From Lama guanicoe (lineage: Eukaryota): a stretch of 64,000 nt of DNA. The stretch spans positions 7,228,270-7,292,269 of the forward strand of contig MU054212.1 in assembly GCA_013239625.1 (NCBI GenBank). The letters run 5' to 3'. The position numbers were made by a program, and so were the translations under genes. Within the stretch, counting starts at the first letter, position 1. Every line of letters begins with the position of its first letter. The notes under the pieces were generated by a model. The model was not told the DNA's origin and did not search any database. It was given only the letters and a program-made list of their open reading frames with translations. Positions 25,897-40,679 of this stretch are shown piece after piece.

Positions 25897-28116
25897 AAGT
25901 GTGTGTATTTTTAATATACTTAGAAATACATTTGTGTAAATGATAGGCATAGTTTGGTCAAGTACAGGCACGCAGTGTTGCATTTCAGTATTTAAAAGAA
26001 TGTTGTATCAAGAAGTATTATTCACATTTCTGAGTAGGAAATACGTATTCAGGAAAAAAATCACTGAGACCATTGATATGGGCTCAATAATGACTAACAT
26101 TTCTTTATCCTTACCTTGGCTCCAGCTTGACTCCTTAAAATTCAAAGTAATAATGAGTTTTTCTTATTTTTATATTATTTAAGTCATGGTTTATTTCTGT
26201 CCAACTACTAATTTTGCTATAGCAGAGCTTTCTCAGCTCTAAAAATTGAGGACAGAATTTTTGTTACTTTAATTATTATTTACCGCAAATGCTATCAAAA
26301 GGCATGTCATCTTTGACTTTATGATTCCAGCTTCTAGGCATCTTATTATTTCATCTCTGTTTTTCTTAATCAACGTTTTCCAAAATACACTTCCCCAGCC
26401 TGACATAAAATGAACACATGCCTGTTTGGATTGCCAAGGGAAAAGGTTGAAATCTATGATGTATAGACTCCTAAAAACTAATCACTGTTTATACAGGTTT
26501 TAATTGTTTTGTAAAGTCTTCCATAGTCAATAGAGATAGATAGGCTTAATTGTAATTTAAGGTGCTGCATTGCCTCCTTGTTTTAGTATTGAGTTGATAG
26601 GTAATGTCTATAAAGTGCTTGGAGTTCTTCCACAAGGCTGGAGAGCTTTATGCAATTCTGTACACACCTTGATGAAAGGAAGAGTAAATGTCGTAAACAT
26701 TTTATAGCACACATGTTTTATTAGTATATTATAGACAGCAAGCTAAAGGTGAGGAGGTTGGCACCTTACTCACCTTCGTACTTCCTGTACCCCCACGGGA
26801 CCTGGTACTCGATAAAAAGCTCAATAAATGTAAGAATTGAAGGGAAGATGTCTCATGTTATTATTAGCAACAGTATCATTTGTAATAGACTCCCCAAGCC
26901 ATTCACTTTCCCATCTGGCTTTAAATTTCATCTCAATATGCCTTCTGTCAATTAAATGATATTTAAATTTTCACTTCTATGATTATTTGATTGCTAAATC
27001 TTATGATCAACAAGTTGGACATTCAGCTCAAACCCTTCGCAAATAAAATGGTATCGTTTTTGTCAGCAAGGGGATACACATTCAATGCAGTATTTCAGGA
27101 GATTGTGACAGCTATTGGTCAAAGAACATTAATCAAGTAACAGAGATGTTATAAAATTGGTGGAAATTACACAGTAACCAGGAATTAAAAGATCTGAGAC
27201 TGTCTGTGGTCAGCCTCTTAACCTTTTGAGGAGTTTGAGCACGCCTGTAACTGTGAATTTAACGTCTCTTCCATTGTGTGTGCTTAAGATCCTTTTTATT
27301 ACACGTAATTTTCTGCGTAAAGCGATCAGCTAGATAAGCTGTATTTCAAAACTTTTCAGTGTCTTTTTATTACATTATCATCACCATGGTTGATTCATTT
27401 ATGAAACACAAAGCGCTCCCATTTGGAGAGATTTATTCTCGTATCAATTTTTTTTTTCCCCTGGATTTGCCAGAATGCCGTCATGTTCGCGTTCTGAAGG
27501 TTAATGCCCAAAGTCAAGCAGACAGAAGCCAAGTGCTGCAAGGTTTCCAAGATTAGGACTGATTCCCTTCACAGAAATAAATGATTCCTGCCATGTTCAG
27601 TGATTTTGTGCAGCGCTCCCCACGGCTGAGTGAGTGCATCAATACTGTAGTCCTTACCTGCTGTACATACTGATGACACTCGGTGTTAACTTGATTGACT
27701 GAGCAGCACACTGGAGAGGACGCACCTGCAAGAGAAGTGCAGACACATATATTTTTATCCCGGTCTTGAAACATTTATTTTACATTTATTTTCCTTGGGA
27801 GCCATGGTTTCAAATTCCAGGGGCTTTCACACCACACTGCTCAGGTAGAACAAACCTGGAAGTGCCGCTTTGTTTTCCAAATGATACCGAAAATGGTCTC
27901 GGGTTGATCCCCTTTGCCAAAGCCTAATTTTTATGCTTTTGAGGGGAAAATGACATGAGGGGGGAGGATGAAGAGTCCTGACAAATTAGTGACTCTGTGG
28001 AATTTAAGAGTCTTAAGAGGTTCTATCTCCCGATGGGCAAGTGGGTCATTTAATTCAATTCTGAGAAATCGTTTTGACTCTATTTGTATGTTATATTTTA
28101 TGATCATGTTTCGTAG

Positions 28117-28317
<201 letters not shown>

Positions 28318-29179
28318 TGAAACTGAGTAATATTTCCACTTGAGGTTTCATTTAATTTTTGTTTATACCTTTGACTCTTTCGGTGATTTAAAAATAATAG
28401 GGTATTTTGCTCTCTGAAAAAGAGAAAGCGCACCAGCTCGCTCTCATCAAAGGAGTTCCTTTGTTAATGCCATAGATGTGAGGAAATGTGTGGTACTGCT
28501 AGGTGGGTATTTTTGTTGCTGCTTTGGCTTTTGTTTGAATGTTGAACTTTAATAGTGGACCACATGCTGATGTGTAATGCCATCAAAAGCCGTTCTTGCG
28601 TGAGTGTGAATTTGCTTTCCAGTCCTCTGCTGCAAAATCAGGAATCCTTTATTAGTTTTTGTGTTCTGGCAACATTCTTCTCACCTCAGTGCAGCCCTGA
28701 CCTTTTCTTCTAATTTACCTTCTGTCACTTTATCAACCGTGTACCATTCTATTTATTACAGATTGATGTTTGCGTTTTCGGTTCCAGCTTCAACATAAAG
28801 TTATTCATAAAGGCATGGTCTCTCCCTCCCTTCAAGCCTCTCTTCATCCTTCATCTTTCTGTCTCAGTCTTGCATCGTCTCCGAGCATATAGTATTGTCG
28901 AAGCTTATTCGTGTATTTTTACAAAAGAGCCGAGTGTTTCTTTCAAAAGCTATCAGATCAGTGAACGTGTTTTTGACTCCACTATTAGGCCATCTGTTCT
29001 TGCTTTTTGTTCTGTTTGATTGATTTATTGGGCTTTTCTCTTTATATCCAGTAGAGGAATCAGATTGTGGCCAAAGGTAGTGTATTAACTCTTAGAAAAG
29101 GAGATTGTATCTATGGTTTTTAAAACAATTTTAGATTTTTCTTTTCAAGGACAGCAAGAGGAAGATAATGACATAATAA

Positions 29180-29371
<192 letters not shown>

Positions 29372-31129
29372 TAATGAAATTATAGAAAAATTCTTAACGC
29401 TTTTTAAATAGTTAAACAAGGAAATTTTTAACTCTTTCCAATGTATCTAAACCCAAAAGGGTGCTAAATAAGGCTGCACATTACAATGGAATGATTTTAA
29501 GCATGTTGCTCAACTTGTGAAGTATACTATGATGAGGCAGAGGTTGAAGATATGAGATTTTAAACGGTGTATGTATACTAAGTAATTATCTGCCACGTCA
29601 TGGTTCTCTTTAACGTGCAGTGTTGTTTTCCTGCAACTGGGTTTCACTTTATTGGAATATGCTGTATGGGGTCGGGGGAAATGTGACTTTTACAAAGAGT
29701 TCATTGCACTGGAGAATCCGTTGTCGTTGGGGTCTGCTGCAGTGAAACTGCTCTGCCTTGCTTTTCATCTTAGGCTGCTTTTGAAATATTCAGTAGTGCT
29801 TGTCTGAAAACCAGTGTACAGTTGCTGAGAAGTGTGGAAGCCTCAGTTACTGGGTCTGGCAAGTCAGTACCAGGTTTTTCTCCTGAAGACTTCCTTCCTG
29901 ATAACTTTTCATCAGGAACTCAACAGCCGCATTTGAGGAAAAGGAATATGGAAATTCAGAGAAGGAAAGTAAACGTATCCTAGGCTGAACAGTAAATCCT
30001 GAACTAAATCTGCCTTGTTGGATGTCTGGACCTAATGGCTTCATTTCTGTCTCTCAGTTTTTCCATCTCAGAGTCAGGGCCATGATAATGTCCCAGATCA
30101 TTGTAACATTTTGAAAAATGGTTGGTAGGAAGTACAAATGTATTGACCTGAACTTTATTACTAGTTCTGCCACTTCACTTTCTTGGCAGCTTAGAGTAAT
30201 TTTTATTTGCAGAGTTTATCTGATTGTAAAATTTAAACAAGATTTTTAACCCATTTATTTATTTTAGTAATGGTTTATTGATTGCCTACTATATATCAAG
30301 ATTCTGTTAAATCCTGGGGACATATTTTCAATAATGTCTTGGAATAGAATTTATTTAGCCTTATTACATAAGAGTTCTTTGGGAAAACAGAATTTATTTT
30401 TGTTTTAAATTCTTTAAACATAGCGTCATCTCTTTTGCATTGTTTCCAAAGCTGAATCATTTTCTAGGTATTGTCTAGCCCAAATGTATTAGTGTGTGTT
30501 AGTGTATAACCACACTTAGATGTATATGCACATGTTTTTTCCTAGTCTTTTGAGTATTCTAAAGTAAATGCTTTAATATGAGTAGCTTCTGAAGTGGGAC
30601 ACTCTAATGGGAGAGTGAAATGGAAAAAATGTCCTAAAAAAAACCAAGCCCTCCAAAATATCACATTATGATATCCTAAGTAATATAAAAGTCAGTGACC
30701 TTCAGTGAAAAACTGTCTGCTACCCACCTCAGTAAAGTCAATGCCATATCTTGAGCTTAAGAAAATTTAAGGCACAGGGACCTCCTCCTCTCTGTACTTA
30801 GCTAATAACTTCAGGGCTGGAGGTCCACAAGAGCTGGCACCCTCATCCGGACCTGCTCAGGTCTCCAGGCGGGATCTCTTGTTCTCATTGTTGTGACCTA
30901 GAAGTCCCACTTGCCACTAAACACCCTACATTTTAAACATCATCCAGTAAAGATATTTCAGCTAACTTGTTAGCAGATTACAAAGGTGATGTCAGGAGAC
31001 CACCATGTTCTTTTTAACCTGCTTTCTTGTAGACTACAAAGTAACAGAAATAATGAAGCTACTGTGATGAAGGAATGGAGAAGTGAAGTCCTGTTCACTG
31101 CCCAAATCGAACACAATGGTTTAGGTATT

Positions 31130-31300
31130 TTGGTGTGTTATCTCATTTAGTCCTGACCTCAGTTATGTCCAGTAGAATGATTTTTATTCTACAGCTGAGG
31201 AAACTGAGGCTCAGGGTTAAGGAAGCTGTCCATAAACGGCACAGCTGAGATACAGGCCAAGGCACCTCTAGCTCGACAGTCTAAACCATCGCTTTGGGAA
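31130..31300 (-). mobile_element. MIR SINE
   Basis: Reverse MIR core: tctcatttagtcct...ctacagctgaggaaactgaggctcagggttaag. Confidence 0.85.
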
Positions 31301-34300
31301 CGTCCTGAATGTCTGATCATCCAGCCTGCGCTGTAAACCCATGGGCACCACTGAGGAACAGCTCGGCATCTGTGATGCGATGAGTCTGCCGTAGGTGTTA
31401 ACATGCAGGTACACTCAGCTCATTACACACAGAAGAGGAGTTAGCAACCAAAAGATTTCCCAGCTGATCCAGTAAAATCAAACGACAGAGGAAGAAGGGA
31501 GGTTTTAAAATAAGTCAATTAAGGTAAAAATCTGTCAAAAATAAACTGAAGGTGAAATACTGGGAAGGAGCTGTGACTGACGGACTCACCCAGGCAGCAG
31601 CTGGCAGGATGCAGAATAGCTTATTTTGTGCAAATGAAGTCAGTAGTACCTTTCCAGCCCCCATGCCCAGCACTACACATGAAAAGTGAAAACGTGTGAA
31701 AGGAGAGCAACAGCCTCAAATGTAACCAGCTCCAGACAATATCCCATGTCTCTTTTAGAAAGTAATATTTTTGATGCTCTATGGCATCTTATAGAGTAAA
31801 GGTTCTCTGTGCTGGGAAGCAGTTTCGAATCAGGATGGTATTGAGTAGCCCATCATGCATATTTATTTGTTTTTGATGGTGATAATTTTTAAAATATTTT
31901 TATGGAGGTATATTTATGTACATTTTGCTCCCCTCTCTTTGCCATGACGTTGTTAATTCCTTAGAAACAGTGACCTTCCCATCCATCTTCGTGGTACTCT
32001 TCACACCTACTATATCTCCCTCTTTAGTAGGTGCTGCATGAGTTTTGAATGAATTATTTGTAAGTAACGGCATAGCTAGTGAGTCTGTCTGGACAAGTGA
32101 GGCATCCGGCAGGTTTCAGCCTAGTAGGGTGGTTATTTATACATCCTTGAATGAGAATGGTCCTGTGCTCTTGGGGAAGGTCATTCTTTGTTGCGCCAGG
32201 GTGCAGCTGCAGAACTAATGCAAGGAAAGGTGAGCCCACCAGACGCCTCTTAGCCAGCCAGACAGGGAGTCGTCTGTTTTTCCCACCAGGTAGACATCTA
32301 ACTCATACAATTTCAGAAATGTGATTTTAATCGTCTTTGTCTTCTCTAGGTGGGGATAACTAAGTCCTAACCTGCTGAAAGCATTCTGAATGAAAACAAA
32401 TGCTGTTAAGTCTGGTAATTTTGAAACTAAATCCAGTCACAATCAGACTTCAGGCTGTTAAACCTAAATTTTGATCCTCATTGTGAGATTTCCCTAACAG
32501 GACATAAAATAGTTCTAACTGTCCCTCAGTATTTCCTTTTGGTCTATAGCAATTACTTAATTTGTCAAAGTGCAGAATAGTCACCCTGTTCCAGTTATAG
32601 GCTTCACCTGGATCTTGGCATCTAGTTGTGTATAGCCCAGGGCACAGCGAACCCCAGTGTATTTCCCCAAGGACTTTGCTGTAAAGGACACACCGCAGAC
32701 TTCCTCATGTTCCTTCATGTGCCAGCTTCCCTGGGGAGGGTTAGGAGCACACAGTAAAAAAAATAATAATAATTTAAAAATTAATAATAATGATAATACA
32801 GCATCACCATCCCTCTGTCCTTCTAGCTCTGATGGTGATCTTGACATTCTTATGAGAAATATATCACTCACCATGGGAGCCTATTACTTTTGACATGGTT
32901 TTTTTTTTTAATTTTTTTATTTTAGTTTGTTTGTTCTTGGCCAGGGTTATGCATGAAAATTATTAGACTATTTCTCTGAGTAGCTCTCAGACTGAATAGA
33001 CATGGTAACCTGAGGCAAGTGAGTGCAGCTGAAAAAAAAATTGTGGCTCTAAATTATACAGTATTTCTCTGATGATGCTGTAATAAAAAGCAAACAAGAC
33101 TTTGTTGGTCTCTCTTCCATTTATGAATCACGCATGGGAGAAACACAGTATTCTGACATGCATGAAAACAAATGCTCACAATATCTACAAGGGCCTTTTT
33201 ATTATCATAGGGCTGGAAAACTTGTGTGGTATTAGACCACCAAATAAGCAGGCAGTGGAAACCACATCTGGTGAGGGGTTAGGTAGGTGCTGGCCAAAAA
33301 TGGAGTTTGCAAAACCTGGTTTTCTTGCCTAATCATTTGTTTTAATATTCTTTCTCCTTATCTTAGCAAAGGATGAAACTCATTCAGAACCTTCCCTCTG
33401 GAGTTTTCTGAGATGGATTGTGAACATGTGAAAACCATGTTTGATGATATTCTCTCTTACCACTTTTTTTGTATAGATTTCTCACATTTTTCCATAACTA
33501 AAATGTACATTCTTTGAACTGGGGGTCACTGACCTGAACCAGTTTTTAACTATGCTTTTTCCTACCCAATCACATAGTAGGAGTTTAAAAATTGCTTGCT
33601 AAACAAATCCAAGCTTCTAATGGATGTCTCTGAGGGATTTTTAATAAATGTCCTCGCTGAGCCCAACTTCTGGGATTCATTCCAATGTATTTTATTTGGT
33701 TTAATCTTTTTGTAGTGAAGAGTTACAATGTTGCTAGTTTCATAAAATGTTACATACTTCTAAAATAAATTAATGCAGGAAAATAAAAATAAAATTTAAA
33801 TAGTAAGCCTAAATGCTATCATCAAAAATAATTTCCCCCAGTATTTTATAAACATTATTTGACATCCCCTATCACATAGCCATGGTCAGAGATCATCTTA
33901 GAAAAGCTGTATTATACCATTTTAATCAAAAGTACTAAATTTAATTAAGTTTAGCCTGAATAATAAAAAAGAAAGGAAGGAAAACAAAAAAATTGCTAAA
34001 CTTTGCCACAAGGTATTTTCTTATCTAAAAGTTCTCTCCAAAGATATTAAAAATATGGAAAGCTGAAATAGGGGTGATTATCTTTTTAACTACTCAATCT
34101 TTGGACAGTATAGTATAAAGGATGAGCAGATAATTACGCCTGTAGTCTCTCTTACCTCCATGTGTTTGTTAGTTACATTATTTTTTAAGCATCAAGGTTG
34201 TTAACATTTAATATTCTACTTTTTTACCATAATCCTCGTAGTTCACTAACTCCCTGGTACTGCATGTTAACGGATTCAGTGCTCCCTGACAGACTTTTTG

Positions 34301-35689
34301 CAGTTTCTTATTTCTGAAGGGTACTTGGATTCATGTTGCATAGGATTAAGTTTTGTCCTCTGATTTTTTTTTTCCCTTAGACTTCACTCTTTGAAAGCCT
34401 GTTTTTCTCCTCTGAGCTCTTTCGTAATCATCCCTCTCTAATTTCTCTGAGACAACGAGGAACTCTTACCTCTTGACCTCTTTCTGTTTTCCTTTGAGTA
34501 GTTCCTCTCGTAACGAAAAGCCTTGGTCTGCTCTTTCATGTGCTCCTTCCCTCTGTGTGTTTGTGTGTGTCTGTGTGTCTGCGTGTGTGTGTGCACTCTT
34601 TATGCTGAAATCCTGTGTGGCTTCCCTTCTGGGAAAGAGGAGGCTCTGAGCCAGCAGAGCACTCACTGATCAACAGGTGCACAGAGGCTGCAGCCTTAAC
34701 TCATATATGGGTGCTTGTCTAGCTCCCGTTGGTCAAAATACTAATTTCCCTGACCCCAATCAGACACTTCCGCACAATTTTTCTCACAAGGTCAGCCCAG
34801 CGGCGTCTTGTAGAGCATAGCTCTTACTGTGGCAAGTTGGCAACTGTTGCTTCTCCTCCCTGTTCTCTCGACCTCAGCTACTTTGCACTCTCTAGTGTCC
34901 AGGAATTACACACGAAAATGACTGCATCTTTTCTTCCTCTGCTTAGTGTAGAGAGATGAGGTACCAGCTTTAATGAGATAAGACAGTCAGATCTAATGAG
35001 ATTGTTGTTAAGCCAATTAAGAGTAACTGTGTGAGGATAAGTAAAATGGAATTAAACATCCGGTGTGGCAACAGATTGAGCAGTAAGTTCATCTGCTCTG
35101 TCTTTATTCCAAAATTATAAAACATATTTTTGCTTAGATGGACATCTTTGCAATAGATCTTCTTTTGACTTTGTCATCAAAGACTGTTGTACCTCTATGA
35201 ACCTTTTTTTCTATGATAATCTAATACTTTGAACCATAAAATAGTAACCAGTAGCACAAGTCCTACTTCTCACATTATCCATAACACATGTTCCTAAAGT
35301 TGTATAATTTTCTCATTTCTCCAATACTCCCTCCCAGAATCACTCTTGGTAAATGACCTCAACTCCCTCATATGGAGAATGTTTAGGCCACCCTTCAAGA
35401 TTAAGCAAATTCCTTTCCTATAACTTTCATCACGTCCGTTGCCAGGTTTTGCCGTTGCCTCCTCTGCTGAGGAAATAAGCTGCTCCCTAATTCTTCTCTC
35501 CTGATAGCCTCTTCTGGTTTACTGTGAGATACTTCAAACGTATAGAAAGACGCCGATGCTAATAAAACATGCATCTGTATACCCATCACCTTGACTTCAC
35601 TCCTAACAAATGTTAGGAATTCATTGGTCATGCTTTAGATTGAAAAAAAAGAAAACAACATTTGTACTTTTTTGTGTTTATATGCGGGA

Positions 35690-38600
35690 TTGAGCCATAA
35701 ACTTGCTCTCTCATATTGTCCTTGTTTGTATTTATTTTGGAATAAAGGTTATATTAATAATTAAGTGCACTAAAGAGCTTGCTTTCTTTACCTGTTCGCT
35801 GGAATATGTAGAAAATGAAGTAGTGGGAGAGATCTTTGATATCTTGGTAAAATTCATCTTTAGAACTATTATAATATGTGCAGTGTGTGTATGTAGGGTT
35901 GGAGGGGTTGCCTAATTGACAAAAGTTTTCACAAACTTAATTCAGGTTTTCTGTTTTTAATATAATTAGAAAATTTGTGAACTTGAAATACTTTAGGTTA
36001 TCTGTCTTCAAAGATAGTGACTAAAGTCACAGTGTTATGCCTTTTATGCATATTATACTTTTCAAAATCGAATTTTAATTATAATTATATTTGCCTTGTA
36101 AATCTTTACTATACCTCAAATTACTACCTACCTCTCATTCCTGTTCATGTGTATTTATGCCATCTCTCACTGGAGGTATAGCTATTTTATTAGTCTTAAA
36201 AAAAATCTTTTTCTGTTGATGTCTTCATTTCCTTTTCTAGGTCATGAACGTCTGCTCTTATTTTCAGTCTTTCTCCTTTCTTCTTTCTCGAGTTTTTATT
36301 CTACAGTTCATTCATTAACTTCTTGATTTGCACACTTAACTCTTGAATTTTCAGTATTTTTTTCTACTCTGTTAATACTTACAGTTTACCTTTAAAACCA
36401 GTTGAGCTGCGTGTTACAAATTCTGGTGTTGTCATTTAGAATCTAAATATTTTGTAATTTCCATTACAAATTTATTTTCTTGAACTTATGAAACACTTAG
36501 AAGCATGCTAGCAAATGTCCAAATATATAATGCATGTGGGAGGATTGGAGAGTTGCAATGTTTCTATTATGGATTCCTAATTTTTCTTCTTTGTGGATAG
36601 AGAGATGAGGTTTTATATAATTCTTCAGTGTTTGTTGGTCAGTGGGTTTTTCTGGTTGTTTTTTTCTCTTACTGTTCCTTGAGTGCTAACAAAAAACTTT
36701 CTTTCCCTTAATGGCTTGGTGCCCGTGCCCTGTGTCATTGGTTCAGGACTGATTATTGAGTTTTTAACATCCTCTATATTCTTAGGACAAGTTTTTTGTC
36801 TGTTATCTCAATTTATGGTAAAATATGTTAAGACTTCCCACTAGCATTATGTGGTGCCAATTTCTCTTTTTAATTCTCTCAGTTTTAAATCTTGAATGCT
36901 GTGCCGTTTAGATATGTGCAGGCTTAAGGTCATTGCATTTTCCCAATGAATTACTCCTTTTACACTTAAGGAATGATCTTTCTTATCCCTAATAAGGTTT
37001 TTTAACCTTCATTTACCTTTGTCTGGTGTTAATATTGTAGTATTGCTTTCTTTGTTTTTTGAATGTCTGCCTGGTATTTCTTAGTTTATCTCCTCATTTT
37101 CTTCTATGTGATTTTTATTTTAATTATGTCTCTTGTAAAGCAGCATAAAATTGGATTGTGTTACTTTTAAAATCTAAGATGAAAACCCATTTATATATTT
37201 TTTTATTGTGTTGGATTTAATTTAAATTTTTTTTCTCCTTTTATGCCTTCATTTGATTGGTTGAGTTTTCCTTCCATGAATTTATTTGCAAGTTATAAGT
37301 CCTTTCCATTCCTCTCATTGGCTACCTATGCAGTTTTAACAAAGTAAAGACCTACGCTGTATCTCTCTCCCCAAACAATGCCAAGGTTATGTAGGGTTCT
37401 CATTTCAGTCACACCTTCCCATCTTGCATGCAGTTGTTGCCTACTATTTTTTTTCATTTTGTTTTAATTTTCATTAGTTATTAGTATTATTTTTCACTGT
37501 TAATATTTATTTGGAGTAACTCATGTGTATTAATCTTTTAGTTTATCATTGCTTCTGCAACCGACTCATTCCTTCTTTGATTTAATTTCTTTATTTGATA
37601 AGAACATCCACTAGTGGTTTTTCAGTAAGATTCCCTAAGGGATAGTTTCCATTTTGGATACTGAGAATACTCTTGTATCATTTCTGTCACTGCCATTTAG
37701 AGAGACTTGGTTATTAATGAAATTCTAGACTGACACTTGTTTTCTTCTGGCCCTTTGAAGATATTTCATTGTCATCTGTTACTGATTGATGTTAAGATCC
37801 CTGTGTCTCATTGTGATCCCCTTGGAGGTAATCTAGTTTTGTTCAAAACTCTTTTCAGGTATTCTTTTTATTTTTGATATTTGCTATTACAACACATCAG
37901 ATGAAGGAATGGCTATTTATCCTTTTTGAGATTTGGTGTATTACTTCATCTGAGGACTCTTGTCATTTTTTTCAACTCTAAAAATTTCAGACATTAGCTC
38001 TCCAAATATTGCCTCTCTGCCATCTGCTGTATTTTTTCATTCTGAAACTCCCATAAATGTGCATCCTGGCTGCTTATCTATTCCCTGTATTTCTTCTCTA
38101 TTCTGTTTTTCTTGTTTTTTTTTTTTGACTCATCTTTTTAGTGCTACATTCTAGGTATTTTCATCAACTCTGTATTTTTATTATTCAATAATTATTTTAT
38201 CTGCTGTGTCCATTGAATAGTTAAGTAAGTTATAAATTTTCATTTCTAGAAATTCTATTTGGGTCTGTTTTAAATTTGCCTATTTTTTTAATCATAGTAT
38301 CCTGTTTTTTTCGTAATGGATTTATTTCCTTTTTTGTCTCTAATTATTTAAAATAAGAACCAGCGATTTTTTCTGTTGGGGGCCAGAAAGTAAATACTCC
38401 AGGCTCTGCAAGCTGTGTAATTTCTGTCACAACTATTCAGCCCAACACTGTAGCACGAAAGCAGGCCTAGACAGTATCCGTAAACAATTGGGCATGACTG
38501 TATTCCAGTAAAAGTTTATTTACCAGCGGCCACTGGACTAGATATAGCTCATGAGCTATAATTTGCTGACCCTTGATTTAAAACATACTCTTAAAATCAC

Positions 38601-38750
38601 ATTCAAGTGGTTCTCTTAACTCAAGCGACTCAGAACAGTGATTCTTCTGTTTGATACATCAGCTGACTGTCCCTTATGGTGGATTGTTTCCTTGTGTGTC
38701 TTAATTTTGAATTGTGGACTCTGTATACAGTCTTCTGTTAGAGGTCAGTG
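35690..38750 (-). mobile_element. Highly decayed old L1M (ORF2/ORF1 region), interrupted by MER58
   Basis: About 3 kb of T-rich sequence with antisense L1 phrases such as tgtctcttgtaaagcagcataaaattgga and gaaattctagactgaca...tttgaagatatttcattgtc. Confidence 0.7.
38354..38575 (-). mobile_element. MER58A-like hAT-Charlie MITE
   Basis: 222 bp with terminal ...tttgctgacccttg and internal tctgtcacaactattcagc...tgtagcacgaaagcag. The perfect 8-bp TSD atttaaaa is at 38346-38353 and 38576-38583. Confidence 0.9.
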
Positions 38751-39280
38751 TGCCTGAGTTGCAGAATTATCCTACAAAGCCTATTGGCATTTCATACTTT
38801 GCAGCTAACATTTTTGTAAAGGATTGTGTTTTTAAAGTATTATTTTCCTCAAAATACCCTCAATAGGAATCTTCTGAAATAATCCAGACTTAGTGCTCTG
38901 CCTGACACATGGGGAGCACATGGCTATCAGCTAGCAATGCTCTCATTATCTCTCTTAAAATTAACAACACTGTTACTATTATCAATAATCCTAGGTCTTA
39001 TAGAATCTGCAAAAACTGTAGTTGTTACCATTTATGCTCCTAAGGTTTTTGAAGATTTGATTAATTGGCAGGTCAAAATTAAAATACTTCTTTATCTAGA
39101 CGGGTGCTACTTGAGTTAAAAATATAAATGGTATTGAGTTAAGTACACATTCTGAAAATTTAAGACAACTAAGGCAAGATAGAAACTCAAAGAAATTTTG
39201 GAGATTTCATTCTGAAATATCATTTTTAAAAGAGATAGAATTAAATATATTATCAAATATATGTGTGTTCAGTATATACC

Positions 39281-39309
39281 TGTGTGTGTGTGTGTGTGTG
39301 TATGTGTGT
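39281..39309 (+). repeat. (TG)n microsatellite just upstream of exon 8
   Basis: (tg)10 ta (tg)3 t, read directly. Confidence 0.95.
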
Positions 39310-39340
39310 ACAGGTATATGTTTTTCCCAGTCTGTAGTGA

Positions 39341-39634
<294 letters not shown>

Positions 39635-40679
39635 TAATAATCTATTGTATTTATGCAAATTTATACTTCCTGCTAGCATTGGTGTGTTTGTTTAATCTGC
39701 CAAAACAGAATGATTTTTTTATTATCGGTAGTGAGCCAATTCAAATTTTAAAGTACTGTACATTGCTATAGAGTGAAAAGAACAGACAATAGACATACCC
39801 ACATTGGGAAGAAAAAACCAAGAAATCAAACATTCCATTATCAAATAAATCTTTGAAGTAGCTGCTCCTTTGCCCTGAGGGAATATTGAAGTGCGGCAAT
39901 AAAAAGCCAGGGTTTCTAAGAAATTATGTAAATGTTTTTATTCTCAACTCTTTCCAAAAAGCACTTAAAATTTATATTTGGAGTTGCCTCTGAGAGTCTA
40001 TCATCATGAATATGATTGCCTATAAATAATCACCTTTCATCTTTTTTTTAGTACAACTGGAAATACTTTAAGTGTGTTTCTGAAAAGCCTCTAAAATAAG
40101 GAAATACAAATATAGACAGATAATAGCGGGCATCAATCATCTTCTAAAGCTGTTGCCTTTCAAAAGGAAAAAATATTTCATCATAAACTTTTATTAAATT
40201 TCATAGAAATTATTAAATGGTAACTAGGGAATGTTTCCTTGTGATTCTCATTTCAATAAATTTTGACACTGTATGTAGTTTTCAGTTGATGGACATAATG
40301 TGAGTGTGTTTATGAATCTGCATCTCAGAATGATAGGTATATCCGTAAATTGAAATGGGCAAGATTGATTCAATATTTTTATATTACTTTGAATAAATTT
40401 TCTTAGTGTTTTATTGATTCTATTTTCTACTAACTTACCCATCCATTCATACGTACTTAAAATTTGATGAACTACTCTTTTCTGCTATTCTTTTGTATGA
40501 AGATTATTGTACATATTTAGAAAAATGCTATTTTGATTTTGAGTACGTTTTTGTTTGAAAATTTGTTCAATATTTACTATGAATGCGGTATGTTTTTGGT
40601 GCTTTGGAGTAATGGAAATACAGTGAGTATCTCTTACATCTTTATTGAATCAGTGACTAAATATACTCTAGTTGGAAAC

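Noticed and set aside
33011..33021. tgaggcaagtg, the reverse complement of 24210-24220, as donor of the replaced L1 block
   Set aside because: The match is only 11 nt and does not extend, which is compatible with chance in 64 kb.
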